Shown: one piece after another, positions 36,201-44,324 of the stretch
Numbering within the stretch: the stretch's first letter is position 1
How the letters are laid out: each line of letters starts with the position of its first letter
Source: Candidatus Pacebacteria bacterium GW2011_GWA1_46_10
GTDB lineage: Bacteria; Patescibacteriota; Microgenomatia; UBA1400; PJMF01
DNA length: 64,000 nucleotides
Direction: 5' to 3'
Assembly: GCA_001002135.1 (NCBI GenBank)
Contig: LCLP01000001.1
Location: forward strand, 78,108-142,107
Notes under the pieces: generated by a model
Databases searched by the model: none
Told to the model about the DNA's origin: nothing
What the model saw: the letters and a program-made list of their open reading frames with translations, nothing else
Made by a program: the position numbers and the translations under genes

Positions 36201-38534
36201 ATGAATGTTCTTGGCAAGTTCCCTTCACTCTTGTATCACCGTCGTTTTCAATTTTGGGCTCTCTTTTTCTTCATCATCCTCATTCGTTTTTTGCCCTTTT
36301 TTCAGGGAAAAACGCTCGTTTTCGGTGATAACTACTCTCTACAGGTGCCCGGTAAGATTTTTGTGGCTAATTGGTTGAAACAAGGAGTGTTGCCGCTGTG
36401 GAATCCGTATATTTTTTCCGGTTTATCGACCGAAATGATGGATGCCAATCACTCGACGCTGTATCCAGACACGTTGTTTTTTGTCATTTTCCACCCGGCG
36501 GTGGCCCTCAACTTGACAGTCATTACTCACTTGCTGATCGCCTATGCCGGGATGTATCTCTTGGCTCGAACCTGGCTGAAGGATCATAGTTGGTCTTTAG
36601 TGGCAGCAGTGTTATGGATGTTGTCTACCCAGGTGACGGGCAGTATCAATAACTTAGCCACTTTACAGTCAATTGTTTGGTTGCCGTTGTTAAGCTTTTT
36701 TGGTTTGAGGTTGGTGACAGCAAAAGCCAGTCGTTTTTGGTTTAGTCTGGTTGTTTTAGTGCAGTTTCTGGGTGGTTTTCCCCAGCACGTGCTCTACGGC
36801 ATTATTTTGGCGGTTCTACTGTCAGCTTTTTTCCATTGCAAAAAAGTCAGTTTTAAAAACTGGTTTTCAGCCTGGTTTTGGACTGGTTTATTGACTGCAG
36901 GCATCGCGGCGGCGGCGTGGCTGCCATTTATTGAAGCCCTTCGGCAGTCAACTAGAGTACTGCAAACCGAGGCGCAGGCGGTGGTTGGCTCATTCCACCC
37001 GGCCACGTTTATTAAATTCGTTTTGCCCTACTTTTTTGATCACGCCGCCGCCGGCGTGAAATGGGGACCGGCCTGGAGCGGACAACCAAACGTCGGCATC
37101 TACCTGACTTGGCTTGGCTGGCTGGCGGTGATGAGTACTTTGGCAATTAAAAAACGTTCGGTCAAAAGAGAAAGCTGGTTTTTGGCTGGCATCACTGCAT
37201 TTACCTTGGTTTTTTCACTCGGTGGTTACTTACCGGGGTTTGAGGTAATTCAAAAACTGGTGCCGTTTTTCCGCATCGCGCGTTACCCCAGTATGATGAT
37301 GATTATCACCAACGTGGTGTTGGCGCTGTGGGTGGCGCGTGGGTTACAACAGTGGCGGGTGACAAAATCACAACACCGTTGGCTCGTGGGTGTTGGCTGG
37401 GGGGCACTGGTGATTGGCGGAGTGGGTTGGCTAGCACACCAATTTTGGTTTGAATCGTTGTGGCACGCCGGCGATCGTTTCGTTTCTTTTTCGCTGTCAG
37501 GCAGTCCCTTTCACACCCTTGATCGAGACAAAATAATTATGTTCGAAATAGTTAAAAATATCGTGTTTAACAGTCTTTTCTTTCTTGCATCTTTATGGGT
37601 TTTTACTAGTAAAAAGACCCAAATAAAACCCATCCTCTTAGTTAGCCTCATTGGTTTGGATTTGGTCTTTAATACTCGTGGTCAGTTCTTTTTTGCACCT
37701 CGGCAAATTTACGACACGGATTCGGTTGACAGTCGTCAACTAAAAGCTCAACTTAATCTACCAGCAACTGGCTTTCAGTACCGTTTACTAACGCGCAACT
37801 TAAACAAACCGTACACCGATTATGGTTCGTATTGGGAAGCGCTGGTGGTGCGCGCTCCATTTTCCGATTCGTTTGTTGATGCGCAAGGTTTAAAAGACTT
37901 TGTCCACGCCCAAAAACTGCGTGATGGTTTGACGCCAGGCTGGAACAGTGCGCTGGGTGTGCCGGCGGTCAATGGGTACACCACCCTCCTGCCGACTGAT
38001 TATGGTGAGCTGTGGGTCCGCACGGCCGAGGAGCCGCGCATTAACTTTATCGAAACAGTTGATCCAGCTGATCCGCTTTTAGATCAGTGGTCGGTACGAT
38101 ACTACTTAGTTGATCGTTGGTTTAAAATTGAAGAAGATCTCACCGCATTTCCGGTAGTTGGCGAATATGATCGCTGGCAAGTTTTGGAGCGGCCAACTGC
38201 CTTGCCACGGGTGCGTTTTGACGATGATACAGAGCCAGACCTCCTCGAGTTTCAAGAGAACCCAAATGTAGTGATGATCCGATTTGATAATACTGCCAAC
38301 CATCGGTACTTAGTTATCGCCGACCGCTTTGATCAAGCTTGGCAAGCCACTATTAACGGTCAGACAAAGCCAATCGAAAACTTCAACGGCATGCGGCGGA
38401 TTCCGCTTGAGCCCGGACGCAACACGGTGCGTTTGTGGTATTGGCCGAAGATGATAGTGCTGGGTGGAGGACTCAGCGTTTTAAGTATCATCTTGGTTGG
38501 AGGCTATCTGTGGTTGGTAAAGACAAAGCGATGA
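36201..38534 (+). CDS. YfhO-family polytopic membrane glycosyltransferase-like protein
   Basis: About 14 TM helices in the N-terminal 500 aa. The YfhO hallmark LPLWNPYIFSG is present. A large C-terminal extracytoplasmic domain ends in a final TM helix. It is paired with the upstream GT2 gene, as in csbB-yfhO. Confidence 0.6.
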   Translation: MNVLGKFPSLLYHRRFQFWALFFFIILIRFLPFFQGKTLVFGDNYSLQVPGKIFVANWLKQGVLPLWNPYIFSGLSTEMMDANHSTLYPDTLFFVIFHPAVALNLTVITHLLIAYAGMYLLARTWLKDHSWSLVAAVLWMLSTQVTGSINNLATLQSIVWLPLLSFFGLRLVTAKASRFWFSLVVLVQFLGGFPQHVLYGIILAVLLSAFFHCKKVSFKNWFSAWFWTGLLTAGIAAAAWLPFIEALRQSTRVLQTEAQAVVGSFHPATFIKFVLPYFFDHAAAGVKWGPAWSGQPNVGIYLTWLGWLAVMSTLAIKKRSVKRESWFLAGITAFTLVFSLGGYLPGFEVIQKLVPFFRIARYPSMMMIITNVVLALWVARGLQQWRVTKSQHRWLVGVGWGALVIGGVGWLAHQFWFESLWHAGDRFVSFSLSGSPFHTLDRDKIIMFEIVKNIVFNSLFFLASLWVFTSKKTQIKPILLVSLIGLDLVFNTRGQFFFAPRQIYDTDSVDSRQLKAQLNLPATGFQYRLLTRNLNKPYTDYGSYWEALVVRAPFSDSFVDAQGLKDFVHAQKLRDGLTPGWNSALGVPAVNGYTTLLPTDYGELWVRTAEEPRINFIETVDPADPLLDQWSVRYYLVDRWFKIEEDLTAFPVVGEYDRWQVLERPTALPRVRFDDDTEPDLLEFQENPNVVMIRFDNTANHRYLVIADRFDQAWQATINGQTKPIENFNGMRRIPLEPGRNTVRLWYWPKMIVLGGGLSVLSIILVGGYLWLVKTKR

Positions 38535-38660
38535 TGGTCGTCATTCTATAATGAGGGTACCCAGGCGTTTTTTTAAAAAGGGGAAGAGACTACTTTTTTA
38601 AACTCATTTGTAAAGTTTTTCCCTCGAGTTTATTACCGGTTTAGGGTAGAATAGCCATTT

Positions 38661-39524
38661 ATGGTTACGCAACGCGATTACTACGAAATTTTAGGTGTCA
38701 AAAAAGACGCCTCGGAGAGCGAGATCAAGTTAGCCTATCGCAAGATGGCCTTGAAATATCACCCGGATAAGAACAAAGCCGCCGACGCTGAGCAGAAGTT
38801 TAAAGAAATCAACGAAGCCTACCAAGTGCTCTCTGATACCAAGAAACGCCAGGCGTATGACCAGTTTGGTCACGCGGCTTTTGATCCGGCTCGCGGTGGT
38901 TTCGGGGGTGCTGGCGGCCCATTTGGCGGTTTCCAGCAGGGGCCGTTTACCTGGACGTATACCACCACTCGGGGCGGCGGTCAGCAAGGCATGGATTTTG
39001 ATTTCGGTGATCCATTTGAGATTTTCGAACAATTCTTTGGTGGTGGTTTTGGCCGCGCTCGCCGGCAACGCTACGGCATCGCGATCGATTTCATGGAGGC
39101 CGTACATGGCGTGACGAAGGAAGTATCCATTGACGGTAAGAAGCACAAAGTGACCATTCCACCTGGCGCTAACGACGGCACCCGTCTTCGGTTTGCCGAG
39201 TTTGACATCACGGTGGAAGTCAGGTCGCACCCCAGATTTAAACGTGATGGGTATGACGTTTTTCTGACCCAAGAAATTTCTTTGAGCGCAGCGGTACTTG
39301 GTGGCACGATCGAGGTACCCACCCTGAAAGAAGAAAAACTTAAGCTCAAAATTCGCCCCGGCACCCAATCTCACAGTCTGATCCGCTTGCGTGAAGAGGG
39401 TGTGCCACATTTGCGTGGCCGCGGGCGAGGAGATCTGTATGTGCGGATTGTGATCAAGGTGCCGGAAAAGTTGACTCGGGAGCAGAAGAGATTAGTTGAA
39501 GAATTAAAAAAGGTTGATTTGTAG
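38661..39524 (+). CDS. dnaJ: DnaJ-family co-chaperone of the type II / CbpA-like kind, with no zinc-finger domain
   Basis: J domain with HPD (YHPDKN). G/F-rich linker. Two C-terminal beta-sandwich domains. The CxxCxGxG repeats are absent. Confidence 0.8.
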   Translation: MVTQRDYYEILGVKKDASESEIKLAYRKMALKYHPDKNKAADAEQKFKEINEAYQVLSDTKKRQAYDQFGHAAFDPARGGFGGAGGPFGGFQQGPFTWTYTTTRGGGQQGMDFDFGDPFEIFEQFFGGGFGRARRQRYGIAIDFMEAVHGVTKEVSIDGKKHKVTIPPGANDGTRLRFAEFDITVEVRSHPRFKRDGYDVFLTQEISLSAAVLGGTIEVPTLKEEKLKLKIRPGTQSHSLIRLREEGVPHLRGRGRGDLYVRIVIKVPEKLTREQKRLVEELKKVDL

Positions 39525-39560
39525 ATACTTTTTGATATAATAAGAAGCTGAAAAGTTAGT

Positions 39561-39914
39561 ATGTCAACAGATCCAGAGAGAAAAATCGACCTAGAAGAAG
39601 AAAGTTCAGAGACAGAAACCTCCGTGGTTGTAGATAGGTTTCCCCCAGAACTAATAGAGGAGTTAGGGATTTTACTTGAACCGATGTGGCAAGAGGGATA
39701 TTTAGCTCCAGAAGGAAACCCCCTTATCTCTTTGGCTAGGAGATACGGGGTGCCTACTTTGCAATGGGCATTGCATGAAGTTCGATCAAAATATTTGAGA
39801 TTTTTCCCTCAAGAATTTGATTCAGATGAGGCTAAAGAAGCTCGGATAGTCACTCATAACCAGGCAATACGCCAACTTTATGATTGGGGAAAAGAGATAG
39901 GCATTACTTTTTAG
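39561..39914 (+). CDS. Hypothetical acidic protein
   Basis: 117-aa ORF after dnaJ, followed by a terminator-like hairpin. No motifs. Confidence 0.4.
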   Translation: MSTDPERKIDLEEESSETETSVVVDRFPPELIEELGILLEPMWQEGYLAPEGNPLISLARRYGVPTLQWALHEVRSKYLRFFPQEFDSDEAKEARIVTHNQAIRQLYDWGKEIGITF

Positions 39915-39984
39915 AAGAAACAAAAAACAATTAATTGTTTAATTTTTTAATAACATGCTATAATTCTCTCTGGTTGAACTGATG

Positions 39985-40016
39985 AAAGACGGACTTTACA
40001 AGACCGTCTTTTTTAA
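39985..40016 (+). terminator. Rho-independent terminator-like hairpin
   Basis: AAGACGG...CCGTCTT followed by TTTTTT. Confidence 0.6.
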
Positions 40017-40052
40017 TAGTCAAACCCAAGAAAGAGTGTATAAAGGAACTAT

Positions 40053-41576
40053 ATGGCTAATTTAAATCCAGTGGTACGAACAGAGTTTGCCGCGGCCATC
40101 GCCCAGATTGCCACCGAGCGAAAAATCGATCCAGAAGCAATTTACGAGGCGATTCGCCAGGCCTTAGTCTCGGCGTACCGCAAACAGGTCGGTATTTTGG
40201 AAGATGAGTTTCACTATTACGCTAAGATCAATAAGGACACCGGTGAATCAAAAATTTTCAAGGCTCCGGCTCTGGAGCGCGATGAAGAAACTCAAGAAGT
40301 CACCAAGTGGGATGAAACTAAATCGGAAGAAGTCACTCCGCCAGGCTTCGGCCGCATTGCCGCTCAGACCGCCAAGCAGGTGATTCTCCAGCGTATTCGC
40401 CGATCAGAAAAAGACCAAATCATCGCTGAGTTTCAAGATAAGATCGGCACCATCATGACTGGTCAAGTCTTGCGGATGGATCGCCGAAGTGTGGTCATCG
40501 ACCTTGGTCGTGGTCATGGTTGGATGCCCCCAGAAGAGCAGATGCGCGGTGAATTTTACCGTCTGAATGCTCGTATTGCTGTTTACATTAAAGATATTCA
40601 AGAAACCCCCAGAGGTCAGGCCGTGATTGTTTCCCGAGCTGACAAAAACTTAGTGGCCAAGCTTTTTGAACGGGAAGTCCCAGAGGTAGCTTCCAGTGCT
40701 GTTAAGATCGTCGCGATTGCCAGAGAGGCCGGCGTGCGGACAAAACTAGCTGTCCAGTCCACTCAAGAAGGAGTTGATCCAGTTGGCTCTTGTGTTGGTC
40801 AGCGCGGGGTGCGGGTCCAGAAAGTAATTGAGGAACTAAATAACGAAAAAGTCGACATTATTCCGTATTTTGATGATCAGGCTTTATTCTTAAAAGGCGC
40901 CTTAGCGCCAGCGGAAAACCTAGTAGTTGAGATTAATGAGGATAAAAAACTGGCTGTGGTCACCGCGCCGGATGATCAAGTGTCCCTGGCCATCGGTCGG
41001 GGTGGGCAGAACGCCCGTCTGGCAGCCAAATTAGTCGGGCTAAAGATCAAGATCGTTTCTGCCAGCGGCGATGTTACATCAGAGGTAACCGGTCAAGAAG
41101 AATATGAGATCGATACCTACGATGGTTTGGCGGGCGAGACTCGAGATATGTTGGTCCAACACAAACTGACGACTCTCAATGACTTGGTTCGTTTCCAGGA
41201 AAAGTGGCAGGCCATGCCGGAAATTACGGATGACCAGAAAAAACTGCTCATGAAACGCGTGGAACAAGACCTCAAGGAACAAGCCGAAAAAGAAGCGGTT
41301 AAGGTGGCTGAAGCGAAAAAAGCAGAAACAGCGGCAGTAGAAAAAGTAGCCGAGAAGGCAGCTAAAAAGGAAGCTAAAAAGACTGAGGCGGCTCCGACTG
41401 AAGAAACTCCAGTTGAGCCAGCAGAGGCGCCAGAGAGTCCAAAGGAAGAAGCTCCGGCTGAACCGGCGCAGCTGGTTGAGGCACCACCAGCGGCAGAAAC
41501 TCCAGCCGAAACTCCAGTTGAAGAGTTAGCTGAGCAACCAATTGAACCACAGGCTAAAAAACCAGAGGAGAAGTAA
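40053..41576 (+). CDS. nusA: Transcription termination/antitermination factor NusA, with a roughly 160-aa A/E/K/P-rich C-terminal extension
   Basis: NusA N-terminal domain, S1 domain, then KH1/KH2 (GRGGQNARLAAKLVGLKIKI). It continues into the low-complexity tail AEKEAVKVAEAKKAETAAVEK...PAEAPESPKEEAPAEP. Confidence 0.9.
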   Translation: MANLNPVVRTEFAAAIAQIATERKIDPEAIYEAIRQALVSAYRKQVGILEDEFHYYAKINKDTGESKIFKAPALERDEETQEVTKWDETKSEEVTPPGFGRIAAQTAKQVILQRIRRSEKDQIIAEFQDKIGTIMTGQVLRMDRRSVVIDLGRGHGWMPPEEQMRGEFYRLNARIAVYIKDIQETPRGQAVIVSRADKNLVAKLFEREVPEVASSAVKIVAIAREAGVRTKLAVQSTQEGVDPVGSCVGQRGVRVQKVIEELNNEKVDIIPYFDDQALFLKGALAPAENLVVEINEDKKLAVVTAPDDQVSLAIGRGGQNARLAAKLVGLKIKIVSASGDVTSEVTGQEEYEIDTYDGLAGETRDMLVQHKLTTLNDLVRFQEKWQAMPEITDDQKKLLMKRVEQDLKEQAEKEAVKVAEAKKAETAAVEKVAEKAAKKEAKKTEAAPTEETPVEPAEAPESPKEEAPAEPAQLVEAPPAAETPAETPVEELAEQPIEPQAKKPEEK

Positions 41577-41579
41577 TCA

Positions 41580-43049
41580 ATGGCATTACAAGATCGGCCC
41601 CCCATCATCACCATCATGGGCCACGTTGACCACGGTAAGACAACGCTCTTAGATTTTATTCGCAAGACCAATGTTCAGGCCAAAGAGGCTGGTGGTATTA
41701 CCCAGCATATCGGTGCTTACCAGGTGGAACACCAGGGTAAAAAAATCACCTTTATTGATACCCCAGGCCACGCGGCTTTTAACAAAATGCGCCAGCGTGG
41801 TGCCCAAATCACTGACATTATTATCCTGGTAGTGGCGGCCAATGATGGTGTCAAACCACAAACTATTGAGTCAATTAGATACATAAAGGAAAGTAGTGTC
41901 CCTTTTATTGTCGCAATCAATAAAACTGATCTTGAAGGGGTCAGGGTGGATGATGTCAAAGCACAATTAGCCGAGCAGGCAGTGCTGGTTCGTGGGTTTG
42001 GGGGTGAAGTTGAAGTGGTGGAGTTGTCGGCCAAGACCGGCAAAAACGTCGAGAAACTCTTGGATGTAATCGCAGTCATGGCGGAATTGGCCGAATTCAA
42101 GGCCGATCCACAGGCACCACTGGAAGCTGTGGTCATTGAATCCGCCCGTGATCCACACAAAGGCCCGATTGCTGATGTCATCGTGCAGCAAGGTACCCTC
42201 ACCCGCCGTCAAGACGTTATGGCCGGCACTATTAAAGGTCGGGTGAAACTACTCACTAATGAACTTGGCAAACAACTCAAAGAAGTTTTGCCAGGTTATC
42301 CTGCCGAGGTAGTTGGCTTGGAGGAAGCACCAGAGGTTGGGATGATTATTCGGGCTGATGGGTCGGCACAACCGAAACCCGCCGCTGCACCCGCACCAAC
42401 TACGCCCGTTTCCACTACTCCCGCCGGCTGGGAGGGTTTAGATATTGATCAGGCTTTTGGCGGCAAAGTGAAGCTCAACCTGCTTGTCAAAGCCGACGTC
42501 AAAGGGACGTTGGAGGCGATTTTACAAAACATCGATCAAGAAAGCGTCAATTTAGTTTTTTCTGGGGTTGGTCAGGTGACCGAGCAAGAGGTAGAGCTGG
42601 CCGATGCGACCAAGGCGATGATCATTGCTTTTAGCTTGAAAGTTCCCACGAGAATGAAGACGTTCGCCAAAGACCTAGGCGTCAAGATCAAAGAATACCA
42701 GATCATTTATCACCTGATTGAGGACTTGCAAAAACAAATGCTGAAGATTTTGGAGCCAACTATCGATGAGATAGTCACTGGTGAGGCTGAGCTTGTCCAG
42801 ATTTTTGAGATGCGTGGTGAACGGATCGCTGGAGTGAGAGTCAAAACGGGGGAAATCAAAAAATCAGATCTTCTCCACCTCAAGCGCGCCGACGAAATTC
42901 TCTTTAACCCCGTGATTGCCCAGATGAAGCACGGTAAGGATGATATTTTGGTCGCTAAAGCCAAAAGTGAAGCTGGCCTGACTTTTAAAAACAAAAAACT
43001 CGATTTTCAAGTTGGGGATATGATTGTGGCCTATCAGAAAGAGGAGTAA
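41580..43049 (+). CDS. infB: Translation initiation factor IF-2 (G domain onward, with no N-terminal low-complexity region)
   Basis: G1 [13 protein letters not shown]3 DTPGH. G4 NKTD. C-terminal beta-barrels. The gene starts 3 nt after the nusA stop. Confidence 0.9.
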   Translation: MALQDRPPIITIMGHVDHGKTTLLDFIRKTNVQAKEAGGITQHIGAYQVEHQGKKITFIDTPGHAAFNKMRQRGAQITDIIILVVAANDGVKPQTIESIRYIKESSVPFIVAINKTDLEGVRVDDVKAQLAEQAVLVRGFGGEVEVVELSAKTGKNVEKLLDVIAVMAELAEFKADPQAPLEAVVIESARDPHKGPIADVIVQQGTLTRRQDVMAGTIKGRVKLLTNELGKQLKEVLPGYPAEVVGLEEAPEVGMIIRADGSAQPKPAAAPAPTTPVSTTPAGWEGLDIDQAFGGKVKLNLLVKADVKGTLEAILQNIDQESVNLVFSGVGQVTEQEVELADATKAMIIAFSLKVPTRMKTFAKDLGVKIKEYQIIYHLIEDLQKQMLKILEPTIDEIVTGEAELVQIFEMRGERIAGVRVKTGEIKKSDLLHLKRADEILFNPVIAQMKHGKDDILVAKAKSEAGLTFKNKKLDFQVGDMIVAYQKEE

Positions 43050-43078
43050 TCTCACTGGTTTTTTTCAGGAGTTTGAAG

Positions 43079-43696
43079 TTATTTGGCTCGCGCTTTTTGC
43101 TCTTTTTCCCAAGTCAGCAGTTCTTTAAATGAGGCCTCAAAAACACCGTTTTTTTTGTTACTGCTGATTGCCCCGGCAATAGTGCCATGTTCGCGGTAGT
43201 AGCTTTCTAAGTAGGTTTTTAATCTGGCAATGGCTTGATCTAAGTTGCCTCGGCCGAATTTTGTCAGTCTTTCCCGAGAATATTGAACACCGGCTCGCTG
43301 GGGTGGGGGAAAAGAAGTGGGATCGGCAAACATCACTATTTCTTCACCCACCTCAACCATTATTTCAAAAGCCGAGGCTATTTCCGCTACTGGTGGTCTG
43401 TTTTCAGTTAGTCTCTGGTGAGTGTAGAGAAAATTGAGAGCGTTGATGATTCTCATCACCCCTTCTATATTGGTTTCTACTTTGGTTATTGTCTCTGGGT
43501 CCCACTCCCATTCTTTTGGCAGTTGTTCATCGAGTTGGCCGCCAGGTAAATGTTCGAGACCTGCTTGTTGTCCAAGAGCGAGGATTTCTTCGATGGTATA
43601 AATATAGGCAGCAATCTCTGGACCACCGGCGAAAACCATTTCTCCACCCTCGAGAGCTTGCCCGCTGTGAAAAGGTCTTTGATCTGGAGTGGTCAT
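43079..43696 (-). CDS. Hypothetical protein
   Basis: 205-aa ORF convergent with infB. No recognisable motifs. Confidence 0.45.
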   Translation of the reverse strand: MTTPDQRPFHSGQALEGGEMVFAGGPEIAAYIYTIEEILALGQQAGLEHLPGGQLDEQLPKEWEWDPETITKVETNIEGVMRIINALNFLYTHQRLTENRPPVAEIASAFEIMVEVGEEIVMFADPTSFPPPQRAGVQYSRERLTKFGRGNLDQAIARLKTYLESYYREHGTIAGAISSNKKNGVFEASFKELLTWEKEQKARAK

Positions 43697-43863
43697 GATA
43701 ATGTTGCTACTTTCATATCACACTACCACGATCCGATGCAATGTGGAGCTGTTAAAATAACCACCTCTTTGGTACACTATAGTTCTTATTAATCAACCAA
43801 TGGTTACTTTGCTTGTTGGCTAATTTTGGCAGCGAACAAGACAAAGGCAAAGAAAGGCATACC

Positions 43864-44133
43864 ATGGCACTGACTGCCGCCCAAAAAAACCAGATTATTA
43901 CCGACTTTGCGCTGTTTAAGGGGGACACCGGTTCTCCTGAGGTGCAGATTGCGCTTTTGACTGCATCTATCCAAGAACTGACTGATCACCTCAAAAAGCA
44001 CAAGAAAGACAATCACTCTCGTCGAGGGTTACTCAAACAAGTGTCCAAACGCCGTCGCCTGCTGCGGTTTTTGCAGAACAGAAGCGAAGAGCGCTATATC
44101 AAACTGATCAAAAAACTCGGTTTGAACAAGTAA
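43864..44133 (+). CDS. rpsO: 30S ribosomal protein S15
   Basis: [70 protein letters not shown] is a typical S15. I placed the start at the ATG at 43864, downstream of the ORF-track start 43813. Confidence 0.9.
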   Translation: MALTAAQKNQIITDFALFKGDTGSPEVQIALLTASIQELTDHLKKHKKDNHSRRGLLKQVSKRRRLLRFLQNRSEERYIKLIKKLGLNK

Positions 44134-44324
44134 TTGGTTAGTTGTCTGGTATAATAATGGTTGATTGGAAAGGCCGCTACGACGGCTCTCGATCAGCAAG
44201 GAGTGGTTAGGATATAAATACTCCCTGCTTATTGAGACCCCGCCCTGCCTCACTTTCCAATCAAAAGTAATATGAATATTGATGCTCCATCCAGAGGAGA
44301 AACTACGCGCTTCGCGTAAGTCTT

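Noticed and set aside
41117-41671. 184-aa minus-strand ORF, plus the ORFs at 41649-42212
   Set aside because: These are antisense to the low-complexity NusA tail and the IF2 G domain. The composition is low-complexity Ser/Ala and looks like a shadow ORF.
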